64,000 nucleotides of DNA from an uncultured Candidatus Rokubacteria bacterium (GCA_963754315.1 CAVWFS010000018.1:448001-512000); one strand, 5' to 3'; counted from the first letter of the stretch, positions 34,301 to 46,019 are shown. Numbers and translations are program-made. The notes: a model not told the origin generated them from the sequence alone.

Positions 34301-34744
34301 GTGGAGCGCGCCCGTCGCGCCCACCTCGAGGAGCGCCTCGGGCACCAGTTTCGGGACGAGCGTCTGCTGGACCGCGCGCTCACCCATTCCTCGTACGCGC
34401 ACGAGTCCCCGCCCGCCCCGCACTACGAGAGTTTAGCCCTCTTGGGTGATGCCGTCCTCGGCCTCGTGGTCGCCGAATATCTGCTCGGGGTCGCACCCTC
34501 CGCCTCGGTCGGAGAGCTGACCCAGCGGCGCGCCCAGCTCGTGGCGGGGGCCACCCTCGCGCGCTGGGCACGCGAACTCGATCTGGGGGCGCTCTTGAGA
34601 CTTGGTCGTGGCGAGGACCAAACAGGAGGCCGCGCGCGCGAATCCAACTTGGCTACCGCCCTGGAGGCTGTTCTCGGCGCGGTCCACCTCGAAGGCGGAC
34701 TGCCGGCGGTGCGCACGGCAGTGGCTCGCCTCGCCCTATGGTAG
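34301..34744 (+). CDS. rnc: Ribonuclease III catalytic-domain-only protein (no dsRBD)
   Basis: LGHQFRDERLLDRALTHSS, ESLALLGDAVL, GELT, LEAVLGA; usual position after fabF. Confidence 0.75.
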   Translation: MERARRAHLEERLGHQFRDERLLDRALTHSSYAHESPPAPHYESLALLGDAVLGLVVAEYLLGVAPSASVGELTQRRAQLVAGATLARWARELDLGALLRLGRGEDQTGGRARESNLATALEAVLGAVHLEGGLPAVRTAVARLALW

Positions 34745-34752
34745 CCTGACTC

Positions 34753-35877
34753 ATGCGGTTCTGGTCGTCTCGGCAACGTTCGGTGGGGGGGCCCTCCGAC
34801 GAGCTTCTCCTTGTCGAGGAGATCTTGCGGCGGCACACGGAGGATCTGTTGAGCATCCGCAAGCGCGAGGTGCAGGGTCGGGTCGTGTTCTTCAAGGGTG
34901 AGCTGCTCGTAGAGCCCGCTCATGCTCTCGAGATCCTGCTCGAGCGCTTCCGGCCTCTGGGCTATACGCCGGTCCTGCGGCGTGACGGCGCGGGGATCGC
35001 GCTGGAGGCGTGGCCAGTACGCCAGGTGGCGCCGCCCTCTCGCATCGGCCTGAACGTGATCCTGTTCATGCTTACCTGTGCGACCACCTTGGTGGCCGGC
35101 TCCGGTGCTTTTCTCACCTTCGATCCCTTCCAGAATCCGACCCGGATCCTGACCGGAGTGCCTTTTGCCTTCACCTTGCTGGCCATACTGGGCACCCATG
35201 AATTCGGTCACTACTTCACCGCCCGCTACCACGGCGCCTCCGTCTCGCTGCCGTACTTCATTCCGGCCCCACCCCCATTCCTGTTCGGAACTTTGGGTGC
35301 CATCATCCGGATGGGCTCCGCGGTGCGCGATCGCAACGCGCTGTTCGATATCGCGGTGGCGGGGCCGCTGGCCGGGCTCCTGGTTGCCGTCCCAGCATTG
35401 ATGCTCGGGCTGGGATGGTCGGTGGTGGCGACGATTCCCCCGGGTGGCCACATCGTCTTCGGGGACTCGCTCCTCATGCGGCTATTCGTGTACCTCACCT
35501 TCGGGCCAATCCCGTCCGGGATGGACGTGTTCGTCCATCCGGTCGCGCTCGCGGGCTGGGTAGGGCTCTTCGTGACGGCTCTCAATCTGTTTCCGGTGGG
35601 TCAGCTGGACGGGGGACGCATCGCCTACGCGCTGTTTGGAAGTCGTCACCGGCTGGTCGGGTACTTCACGGTGGGGGGCCTGGTGGCGCTGGGACTCGTG
35701 ACCTGGTCGCCCAACTGGTTCGTGTGGGCGGCCCTGGTGTTCTTCTTCGTGGGCTTCCGTCATAGCGCCCCGCTCGATGACGTGACCCCCTTGACCCCGT
35801 CGCGCCGTCTGCTCGGCTACGTCTGCCTGGTTTTGCTCGTTGTCCTGATCCCCCCGGTTCCCGTCGAACTGGGATGA
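34753..35877 (+). CDS. Site-2 protease (M50)
   Basis: HEFGH, LPYFIP, FGTLGA, AGPLAG, NLFPVGQLDGG. Confidence 0.92.
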   Translation: MRFWSSRQRSVGGPSDELLLVEEILRRHTEDLLSIRKREVQGRVVFFKGELLVEPAHALEILLERFRPLGYTPVLRRDGAGIALEAWPVRQVAPPSRIGLNVILFMLTCATTLVAGSGAFLTFDPFQNPTRILTGVPFAFTLLAILGTHEFGHYFTARYHGASVSLPYFIPAPPPFLFGTLGAIIRMGSAVRDRNALFDIAVAGPLAGLLVAVPALMLGLGWSVVATIPPGGHIVFGDSLLMRLFVYLTFGPIPSGMDVFVHPVALAGWVGLFVTALNLFPVGQLDGGRIAYALFGSRHRLVGYFTVGGLVALGLVTWSPNWFVWAALVFFFVGFRHSAPLDDVTPLTPSRRLLGYVCLVLLVVLIPPVPVELG

Positions 35878-35880
35878 TTT

Positions 35881-35916
35881 TATTGGGGGGCCTCGAAAGG
35901 GCCCCCCAAGCCCCCC
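35881..35916 (-). repeat. REP-like element, terminal hairpin only, inverted, between convergent genes
   Basis: Reverse complement identical to 2433-2468 over 36 bp. Confidence 0.85.
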
Positions 35917-35925
35917 ATCCGCTCA

Positions 35926-37797
<1,872 letters not shown>

Positions 37798-39061
37798 TTA
37801 GACGAGATGACTCCCGAGAGTACTCCTCAATGCGGTGGGCCCGCCGGCTCGCACCCGCACGACAAGGGCGAGTCCGACCAGGAACAGGAGGCCAACCACG
37901 AGGATGGCGGCCCGCTGATCCCCGCCGGAGACCCAGGAAACACTGCCGAACAGGAGTGGCCCCATGATAGCGCCGGCCTTTCCGACCAGCGCGTAGAATC
38001 CGAAGAATTCCGCCTCGCGACGAGCGGGGATGAGCGTGGCCATGAAGGTGCGGCTCGCCGCCTGGATGGCACCGAGACCGGTGCCGGCCAGCACCGCCAC
38101 GATCCAGAACTGCCACTTGTCCTGCACGAAGAACGCGATCACGGTGATGGCCGTCCATTGCACGAGGTTGACCGCCACCACGAGCTTGGGGCCTCGAGAG
38201 TCGATGGCCTGCGCCCAGCCCACGGACCCCACGAGCGCAGTGATCTGCACAACCAGGAAGAGACCGATGATCTCGGTGGTCGAAAACCCGAGCGTCTTCG
38301 AGGCGAACACCGCCGAGAACAGGATGATCGTGTTCACGCCGTCCTCATAGACGAGATAGGCGAGGAGGAATCGTCGCATCTGAGCCAGCGCCGGCTCGCG
38401 CGTGAGATCACGCAGGGTAGACAGCGTGTCGGCCACCCCCCGGGCCACGGCGGAGGCCAGAGGGACGGTGGAGCGGTCGTCGGCAGGCAAGACGGCAAAC
38501 GCGGGCAGGGCAAAGAGCACGTACTGGGCGGCGGCGGCCAGGAAACTGGCGTGGTAGGCGCCGGCGGACACCAACGGATAGGCGACGGCGAACGCGGCCA
38601 GGGAGCCCGCGTATCCGACAGCAAAGCCGAGGGCGGAAGTGCGCCCCATACTGTCGGCGGTGGTAATACGCGTGCAGATACGAGTTGTAGTAGACGCATG
38701 CCGACTCGAAGGCGACCACGCCGATCACGATCAGGGTGAAGCCCCACGCCAGCATGCCCGGGCCCACCGTGGCCAGGAGGGCGGTGGCCGCCACCGAGGC
38801 CAGGGTGAAGCCGATGAGGAACGCCTTGCGCACACCGGCGTGGTCGGCGACACCGCCCAGAATCGGCGCTGCCGCCGCCACCAGGACCATCGACAGGGAG
38901 CTGGCCAGCCCCCACCAGAAGTCGCCCCGTCCGTCGCGGTTGCCGACCACGACCTCCGTGTAATACACGGGGAAGATGGTGGCCACGATGATGGCCGAGA
39001 AGGCGGAGTTGGCGAAGTCATACAGCGCCCACACCAGCACCATCGGTCGCGACCAGTTCAC
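37798..39061 (-). CDS. MFS transporter (UMF1/ATG22-like), frameshifted near 38670
   Basis: WALYDFANSAF, YYNSYL, then SALGFAVGYAG, QAASR, AEFFGFY in the next frame. Confidence 0.82.
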
Positions 39062-39172
39062 GGCGCGCAGGATGGCACAGGGCCCTCGCTCGCGCCAGCG
39101 CCGGCTCGCCCGTCGCAGAGTCTTACCGCCGTCGGCTTGGCGAAGCCCACTCGGTGCGCTACCATCCGCGCC

Positions 39173-40526
39173 ATGTCCGGCCGGCTCACCTTGGCAACGC
39201 TCGGGTCCCTCGTCGCGCAGGACGAGGTCGACACCGTGCTCACCGTGGTGCCGGACGGCTTCGGGCGACTCATGGGCAAGCGCCTCGTCGCCCGCTTCTT
39301 TCTGGAGTCGGCGGCTCGCCATGGCCTCCACGCCTGCATCTACCTGTTCACCGTCGACATCGACATGGAGCCGCTTCCCGGGTTCACGCTGACGTCGTGG
39401 GAACGAGGTTATGGCGACATGAAGCTCGTTCCCGATCTCTCCACCCTGCGTCTGATTCCGTGGCTGCCGAGGACGGCTCTGGTGTTTTGTGACGTGTACG
39501 CCGAAGACGGTCAACCCATCGAGGAAGCGCCGCGCTGGATGTTGCGGCGGCAGGTCGAGCGCGCGGCGGCTATGGGCTACCTGGTGAAGACGGCGGCCGA
39601 GCTCGAACTCTACTGTTTCAAGGAATCGTTCGGCGAGGCGCGGAGCAAGCGCTATCACGGCCTCACGCCCGTCTCTGCCTACCTCGAGGACTATCACATC
39701 CTCCAGACCTCGCGCGAGGAAGGGCTGATCCGCGCCATCCGCAACGGGATGGAGGCGGCGGACGTGCCCGTCGAAGGCTCCAAGGGGGAGTGGGGGCGGG
39801 GACAAGAGGAGATCAATCTGCGCTACACCGACGCGCTCGAGATGGCCGACCGGACAGCGCTGTTCAAGCACGGCGCGAAGGAGATCGCCGATCAGCACGG
39901 ACGCTCGGTCACCTTCATGGCCAAGTACGACATGGGCGCCGCCGGCTCATCCTTTCACCTGCATTCGTCCCTCTGGGACAAGGGGGAAGGCGGCCCCTGT
40001 TCGCCAGGGGGGCGACCGCGCCGCTGTTCGGAGCGTGGCTGGGCGGCCAACTGCTCTCGCCCGCGAGCTCTCGTTGTTCTACGCGCCGTCGATCAACGCG
40101 TATCGACGCTATCAGGCGGGCTCCTTCGCACCGACGCGCATCGTAGCCGGGATCGACAACCGGACCTGTGGTTTCCGGCTATGCGGAGAGGGCGCGAGCT
40201 TCCGGGTCGAGAATCGCATCCCGGGTGCTGATGCCAACCCGTACCTGGCCTTCGCGGCCACCATCGCGGCCGGGCTTCACGGCATCCGGAGCAAGCTGAA
40301 GCTGCCCAAGCTCTACACGGGCAACGCGTACGAGGACACCACCCTGCCTCAGGTTCCCAAGACGTTTCGCGAGGCGCTCGCTGCCCTGGAAGGCTCCCGG
40401 TCAGCCGCGGACGCCTTTGGCAAGCGGGTCGTCGACCACTATGTACACGCGGCACGCCTCGAGCAGCAGGCCTTCGACGCGGTGGTCACGGACTGGGAAC
40501 TCATGCGCAGCTTCGAGAGGATCTAG
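39173..40526 (+). CDS. Glutamine synthetase-like gamma-glutamyl-amine ligase (PuuA/GlnA4-like), frameshifts near 39985 and 40055
   Basis: GRLMGKR, GYGD, ELE, EWGRGQEE, FMAK, SFHLHSSL, FAPT, DNRT, ENRIPGADANPY, TDWE. Confidence 0.85.
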
Positions 40527-40529
40527 CCC

Positions 40530-41291
40530 TTGGCGCGTCTTGCCAACAAGGTCGCCTTCGTCACCGGCGGCGGCAAGGGTATCGGCCAGGCGGTGGCGAT
40601 GCTGTTTGCCGAGGAGGGTGCGCGCGTGGTGGTGGCTGACCTCGACGAGGAGGCGGCTCGAGCGACGGTCGCTCGGGTGGAGGACGCGGGGGGCGAGGGG
40701 CTGGCCGTGGTGGGAGATGTCGCCGTCGAGACAGACGTGGCCCGCATGCTCGAGCTGGCCGTGCGCCGCTTCGGAGGCCTGCACGTGCTCGACAACAATG
40801 CGGGTGTGCTCTGGAAGGATCGTGATCGCTCGGTCCTCGAGACTGACGAACGCTGGTGGGACCGGGTGATGGCCGTCAACCTCAAGTCGGTCTTCTGGGT
40901 AACCAAGCACGGGATTCCCCACCTGCAGCGGGCCGGGGGCGGCTCCATCATCATGATGGGCTCGGTATCGGCGCTGGCGGGCTTCACGCGCGCCCAGGAC
41001 GCCTACACGGCGGCCAAGGGTGCCCTCATTTCCCTCACCAAGTCCCTGGCCATCCAATTCGCTCGAGACCGGATTCGGTGCAACGTGATCCATCCCGGCA
41101 TCGTGGATACTCCGCTGCAGGCGCCCTACCTCACCGCCGCCATCCGCAAGGAGTTCGAGGCGGGAATCCCGCTCGGCCGTATCGCTCATCCGCGCGAGAT
41201 CGCCCAGGTTGCGCTGTTCCTCGCCAGTGACGAGTCGTCGTACATGACGGGCGCGGAGCTGGTCGTCGATGGTGGTTTCACGGCCGGCTAG
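40530..41291 (+). CDS. Short-chain dehydrogenase/reductase
   Basis: TGGGKGIG, NNAG, YTAAK, VDGG. Confidence 0.92.
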   Translation: MARLANKVAFVTGGGKGIGQAVAMLFAEEGARVVVADLDEEAARATVARVEDAGGEGLAVVGDVAVETDVARMLELAVRRFGGLHVLDNNAGVLWKDRDRSVLETDERWWDRVMAVNLKSVFWVTKHGIPHLQRAGGGSIIMMGSVSALAGFTRAQDAYTAAKGALISLTKSLAIQFARDRIRCNVIHPGIVDTPLQAPYLTAAIRKEFEAGIPLGRIAHPREIAQVALFLASDESSYMTGAELVVDGGFTAG

Positions 41292-41396
41292 GGAGTGGAA
41301 GCTGGCGAGGCGACGGATGCAGACGTGGCGTCGGCTCTCGACGCGTTATCCTAGCGGGCAGTGGCTCTTGCCCAGACTCAATGAAAGGCGAAATGC

Positions 41397-42527
41397 ATGA
41401 GCGAAGCGCGACGCTTGGAAACGCTGGCCGTCCACGCCGGACGACGTGTCGATCCGGCCACAGGAGCGGTGACGCCTGCCATCTACCCATCCACGACCTT
41501 CGAGCGTGATGCAGACGGCGGCTATCCACGCGGGCATCTCTATGCGCGCAACAGCAACCCCACACGATCGATGCTGGAGGAGTGTCTGCGCCAGCTCGAT
41601 GGCGGAGAAGCCGCGGTTGCCTTCGCCTCGGGCTCGGCAGCGACCGCCGCCGTCTTCATGGCCCTCACCCCGGGTGACCATGTGATCGCGCCGACCGACG
41701 CCTACTACGGCACCCAGCGCCTCCTGCGTGAGCAGTTCGGTCCGTGGGGATTGGAATACAGCCTGGTTGACATGACCGATCCAGGGCAAGCGGAGGCGGC
41801 GCGGCGTCCCCGCACGCGCCTCATTTGGGTGGAAACCCCCTCCAATCCCCAGTGGAAGGTGACGGATATCGCGCGGCTGGCCAGCATCGCGCACCAGGCT
41901 GGGGCCAAGTGCGTGTGCGACAACACCGTGGCCACGCCCGCGCTCCAGCGCCCGCTCAGCCTCGGAGCCGATCTGGTGATGTACGCCTCGACCAAGTTCC
42001 TCGGCGGGCATTCGGATGTCATGGGTGGGGCTCTGGTCACCCGTGAGCTCGACGACTTCTGGGCGAAGGTGGCGCGCATCCAGGTGGCAGCGGGTGCGGT
42101 GCCCTCTCCGTTCGATTGCTGGCTGGTCCTCCGCGGCCTTGCCACCTTGCCCTATCGGGTACGCGCGCATTCCGAGCATGCTCTGCAGGTGGCCCGCGTT
42201 CTCGAGCACCATGCCGCGGTGGAGGCCATACACTATCCGGGCCTGCCGAGCCATCCTGGGTATACCGTGGCTACCAAGCAGATGGCCGCATTCGGTGGGA
42301 TGCTCTCCGTCCAGGTGAAAGGCGACGCCGCCCGGGCCATGGCCGTGGCCGCCCGGCTACGCCTGTTCACGAGAGCCACGAGCTTTGGCGGCACCGAGAG
42401 CCTCGTGGAGCATCGTGCGTCCATCGAGGGCGCGGGCACCAAGACTCCGGAGAATTTGCTCCGTCTCTCGATCGGCCTCGAGCATCCCGACGACCTCATC
42501 GAGGATCTCGCGCGAGCTCTCGGGTAG
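41397..42527 (+). CDS. metB: PLP-dependent Cys/Met metabolism enzyme (cystathionine gamma-synthase/lyase family)
   Basis: YARNSNPT, ETPSNP, DNT, STKFLGGHSD, RLSIGLE. Confidence 0.8.
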   Translation: MSEARRLETLAVHAGRRVDPATGAVTPAIYPSTTFERDADGGYPRGHLYARNSNPTRSMLEECLRQLDGGEAAVAFASGSAATAAVFMALTPGDHVIAPTDAYYGTQRLLREQFGPWGLEYSLVDMTDPGQAEAARRPRTRLIWVETPSNPQWKVTDIARLASIAHQAGAKCVCDNTVATPALQRPLSLGADLVMYASTKFLGGHSDVMGGALVTRELDDFWAKVARIQVAAGAVPSPFDCWLVLRGLATLPYRVRAHSEHALQVARVLEHHAAVEAIHYPGLPSHPGYTVATKQMAAFGGMLSVQVKGDAARAMAVAARLRLFTRATSFGGTESLVEHRASIEGAGTKTPENLLRLSIGLEHPDDLIEDLARALG

Positions 42528-42584
42528 CAGGTATCCGCCGTGCCGTTGACACGTGGCGACGGCCACCGGTATCGTAGCTTCAGC

Positions 42585-42815
42585 ATGCCGCGCGAGCGCC
42601 CTCTTGACGCCCTCGTGAAGAAGCTCCTGCACACGATCGAGGTCTCCCTGGCCGCCACCGATGCCGCCCGGGATGCCGTGCAGGAGATTCTGCGGCGTGG
42701 GGCCGAAACGGGGATCTTCTTCGCAGGAGCGCGCGGGCGCGGCAACCCATCCTTCGAGCTGACTGCTCAGGACCGCGAATTCCTTCGGGCTGTCTCCATC
42801 AAGCCCGACCGCTGA
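42585..42815 (+). CDS. Small hypothetical protein
   Basis: Intergenic ORF after TTGACA-N18-TATCGT; ends LTAQDREFLRAVSI. Confidence 0.6.
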   Translation: MPRERPLDALVKKLLHTIEVSLAATDAARDAVQEILRRGAETGIFFAGARGRGNPSFELTAQDREFLRAVSIKPDR

Positions 42816-42820
42816 TTCTC

Positions 42821-43057
42821 ATGCGGTTGGTTCTGATCCTAGCCTGGCTGCTGGTCGCGATCGGTATCGCGTATCTGTGGATGCGTCGTGCCCTCCCCCG
42901 CGCTCAGCCACCCGCCCTCCGCTACGATGAGCTGGTCAAAGACCCTGTGTGCAACACGTACGTCTCCCGCTCGCGGGCCGTGTCGCACAGCGACGCCACC
43001 GGACGTCACTACTTCTGCAGCGCCGAGTGCGCGCGACGCTACGCCAGCCTGGGCTGA
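42821..43057 (+). CDS. Small membrane-anchored YHS/TRASH-domain protein
   Basis: N-terminal TM, KDPVCNTYV, HYFCSAEC. Confidence 0.8.
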   Translation: MRLVLILAWLLVAIGIAYLWMRRALPRAQPPALRYDELVKDPVCNTYVSRSRAVSHSDATGRHYFCSAECARRYASLG

Positions 43058-43095
43058 CGTCGCGGCGTCCGGACCCCTCGGGCCCGGGCGAGCCC

Positions 43096-43914
43096 ATGTG
43101 GCGCCATCCCGATCCCTATCGTGACATCGATACCCAAGCGGACCCGCTCCGCTTCGTCGAAGCACTGGAGACGCGCGGGCGCACGCCCACCCAGCGGCGC
43201 CTTCGGCGTCGGTTTCTTCGGCTGGCCGCCGTTGAGCCCGGCCACGTGGTCCTCGAGGTTGGCTGCGGAACAGGCGTGGTCTTGCGCGATCTCCTGAGCA
43301 TGGTGGGCTCCGGCGGGCGCGTGGTCGGCATCGATCCGAGCCGACTGGCCCTGCGCGCGGCGCGGATGCTCGCTCGTACGCATTCGCTGCGCTCGCGCTT
43401 GGCTCTGCGTGTCGGGGACGGGGCCCGACTGCCGTTTCGCAGCGGCCGCTTCGATCGTGCCCTCGCCATCACCGTGATGCTCCACGTGGCGGAACCGCTG
43501 GTCATCGTCAAGGAGATGACCCGCGTGGTCCGTCGGGGAGGGCGGGTGGGTCTCCAAGATCAGGACTTCGGGACGGTGGCTGTCGAGCATCCCGAGAGCG
43601 CTCTCACGGCCCGTATCCTCGACGAGGTGGCCACCCGGCTCTATCCCGAACCCTGTAGCGGGCGCCGGCTGCCGCGCTTGCTTCGGGACGCCGGCCTGGA
43701 CGATGTGCGCGTCGTGACCGATGTCTACCAGGACACGACCTTGGAGCCTTACACGAAGGGCTTTCTCGAACGTCGGGCCGAGAATGCGGTTCGCTTCCAG
43801 ATCGTCGATGCGCCTACCGCCCAGCACTGGCTCGATGGCTTCACCGATCTGGTGGCGCGCGGTGCCTTCCTGTTTACGACCAACTACTACGGAGCTACCG
43901 GGAGGAAACCCTGA
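43096..43914 (+). CDS. Class I SAM-dependent methyltransferase
   Basis: VLEVGCGTG, GID, GDGARLPF, RVVRRGG. Confidence 0.85.
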   Translation: MWRHPDPYRDIDTQADPLRFVEALETRGRTPTQRRLRRRFLRLAAVEPGHVVLEVGCGTGVVLRDLLSMVGSGGRVVGIDPSRLALRAARMLARTHSLRSRLALRVGDGARLPFRSGRFDRALAITVMLHVAEPLVIVKEMTRVVRRGGRVGLQDQDFGTVAVEHPESALTARILDEVATRLYPEPCSGRRLPRLLRDAGLDDVRVVTDVYQDTTLEPYTKGFLERRAENAVRFQIVDAPTAQHWLDGFTDLVARGAFLFTTNYYGATGRKP

Positions 43915-44804
43915 AGCGGCGCCTCCTGGCCAGCGGACTCCTCCCCCTCATCCTCACCGCCCATGTCGTCGCCGCCTGGTCGTTCAACGGAGACTCGGCC
44001 ATGGTCCACGTGGAGCGCCTGGTCGCCATCGGCCCTCGCGTAGCCGGCTCGGCCGGAGGGGCCAAGGCGCGTGACTATATCGTTCGTGAGCTCAAGAAGG
44101 CCGGCCTCGAGGTCCGCGTGGAGCCGTTCGAGGCCGACACTCCGCAGGGGCGACTCCGGATGGCCAACGTCGTGGCCATCATTCCCGGCCGGCGGGCCGA
44201 CGTGATTCTCATCGGCGGCCACTACGATACCAAGTGGTTTAACGACCGCCATTTCCTGGGGGCCAACGATGGCGGTTCCAGCGCCGCCCTGCTCATCGAG
44301 CTGGCCAGACAGCTGGCCCGTACTCGGCAAGAGTTCACCTATTGGGTCGCCTTCTTCGACGGGGAAGAAGCGCGTCATTCGTGGACGGCCACCGATAGCC
44401 TCTATGGCTCACGCCGGATGGCGACCGACCTCGCACGGTCGCAACGCCTGCCCCGGGCGGTCATCGTGGTGGACATGATCGGCGACCGCGATCTCAACAT
44501 CCGGCGCGAGGCCTTCTCTACGGACGTGCTGACCGATCTCATCTGGCAGGCGGCAACGCGTCTGGGCTATCAACGACACTTCCTCTCCGCCTCCATCCCC
44601 GTCGAGGATGATCATGCGCCTTTCCTGCGGGCGGGGGTGCCATCCGCTCTCCTCATCGACTTCGACTATCCCCCGTGGCACACCGCTGACGACACGGTCG
44701 ACAAGGTTTCGCCACGGAGCCTCAAGGTGGTGGGGGACGTCCTCCTGGAGGCGCTCCCCACCGTCGAGCGCTGGCTGCTCGACTCCCCGCTTCGGCGTCC
44801 ATGA
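43911..44804 (+). CDS. Secreted M28 peptidase / glutaminyl cyclase-like protein; probable CTG start
   Basis: GGHYDTK, GANDGGS, FDGEE, DMIGD, DDH, WHT..D; in-frame upstream extension encodes a signal peptide. Confidence 0.85.
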   Translation: MKRRLLASGLLPLILTAHVVAAWSFNGDSAMVHVERLVAIGPRVAGSAGGAKARDYIVRELKKAGLEVRVEPFEADTPQGRLRMANVVAIIPGRRADVILIGGHYDTKWFNDRHFLGANDGGSSAALLIELARQLARTRQEFTYWVAFFDGEEARHSWTATDSLYGSRRMATDLARSQRLPRAVIVVDMIGDRDLNIRREAFSTDVLTDLIWQAATRLGYQRHFLSASIPVEDDHAPFLRAGVPSALLIDFDYPPWHTADDTVDKVSPRSLKVVGDVLLEALPTVERWLLDSPLRRP

Positions 44805-44819
44805 CGGTATAATCTGTCC

Positions 44820-45542
44820 ATGCCGCGCGTGCGGGAGATCGAAGAGCCCGGTGACGATCCCACCCTTCAAGAGCAGTTCGAGCGCGACCGTCAACTTTTC
44901 GGCTTCGTCCTCAATACCACCAAGGTCCAGGCTCATTGCCCACCCATTCTGAAGGCCGCCAAGCAGCTCTCCGCGGCGATGGAGAGATCGGGCCAGCTCC
45001 CCGCCGAGCTGCTCGCCCTCGTCTATCTCCGGGTGGCACAGATCAACGGCTGCCCCTTCTGAATGGACATCAATGCATCCCGGGGGATGCAGGCGGGGGC
45101 GTCGCACGATAAGATCAGCGAGGTCGCGGAGTTCGCCACGAGCCCGCTCTTCTCCGAGCGCGAGCGGACCGCGTTGAGCCTCGCCGAGGCCATGACCATC
45201 ACCGGCCAGAAAGTGACCGAGGAGCTGTTTGCCCGCGTGCGCGCGAACTTCTCGGAAGCGGAGACCGTCGAACTGGCCGCGGCGGTGGCCGTCGAGAACT
45301 TCCGGAGCAAGTTCAACGTGGCCCTCGGCGTGGAGGCCCAGGGCTTGGCTGCGTCCTGCCGTAATTACAGGAAACGGCCGAGAGCCGCGAAGAGCATCGC
45401 GCACGCTCAGAGACGATTGAGTACCGCGGAGTACGACCGCTGCTCGCTTCACTCCCAACCGATGATCAAGACCTTCTCGGCCTCCGGCGTGGGTGTCCAT
45501 CTCTTGCCGGTACCGGGCCTCGAGCGATCTACTCCTCGATAG
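44820..45542 (+). CDS. AhpD/CMD-like protein with in-frame UGA (C-P-F-U); candidate selenoprotein; 3' end uncertain
   Basis: LVYLRVAQINGCPF*MDINAS...FSERERTAL.LAEAMT...VELAAAVAVENFRSKFN is one continuous CMD/AhpD-like sequence across the TGA at 45060-45062. Confidence 0.85.
45074..45091 (+). promoter_or_regulatory. Candidate bacterial SECIS hairpin
   Basis: TGCATCC-CGGG-GGATGCA, 11 nt after the UGA, with a G-rich apical loop. Confidence 0.7.
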
Positions 45543-45933
45543 TCGCATCGGAAAACTCGGTCGGCTCGCTCTCCCAGGCTTCCTCCTGGGCTGCGATCTC
45601 CGCCGCCTGCTCGGCGCTCAACAGCTGCTTGTACGTGGCGTACTGGCTGCGGCTGCCCACGTACACGCACTGGCAGCGGTCAGGTTCGGCGTACGCGTAG
45701 ACGATGCCGCCGCTCTTGCGCTTCCACGGGACGACCTTGTACGGCGTGAGCGTGTTCAGTCTCGCCACCCGCCCCGGCGTGTCGGCCTTCAGGACCTTGA
45801 ATCCCGCCTGCGTCAACAAGCTCGTGGTCTCCGGGGCTCGGTCGCGTCGGATCGCAGTGCATCCGCCCATGATGCTCACCGCGACGATCACGATCGCTGA
45901 GAGCCCGATCCTCGTCCAAGACGCGTGTCCCAT
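45529..45933 (-). CDS. Hypothetical lipoprotein
   Basis: Hydrophobic signal ending MGGC; LTQAGF, YAEPDRCQCVYVG. Confidence 0.65.
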   Translation of the reverse strand: MGHASWTRIGLSAIVIVAVSIMGGCTAIRRDRAPETTSLLTQAGFKVLKADTPGRVARLNTLTPYKVVPWKRKSGGIVYAYAEPDRCQCVYVGSRSQYATYKQLLSAEQAAEIAAQEEAWESEPTEFSDATIEE

Positions 45934-46019
45934 GGTCTCCCTCGCGCGCCGAAGGCGTGCCTCTGACGTGCGTTGCGGTCAAACACCGCTACCGCAACGT
46001 TTCTCGCCCTCGGCGAGAG

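Noticed and set aside
33053..34744. fabF TAG directly followed in frame by rnc GTG, suggesting a readthrough fusion
   Set aside because: FabF is complete at its normal C-terminus; abutting genes are common in this operon
41292..41396. SAM/SAH riboswitch upstream of the metB-like gene
   Set aside because: Only a short hairpin; no conserved core of SAM-I, SAM-II or SAH classes recognised
44802..44819. M28 TGA in frame with the AhpD-like gene as a second Sec codon
   Set aside because: No redox motif or hairpin; the gap holds a TATAAT promoter element
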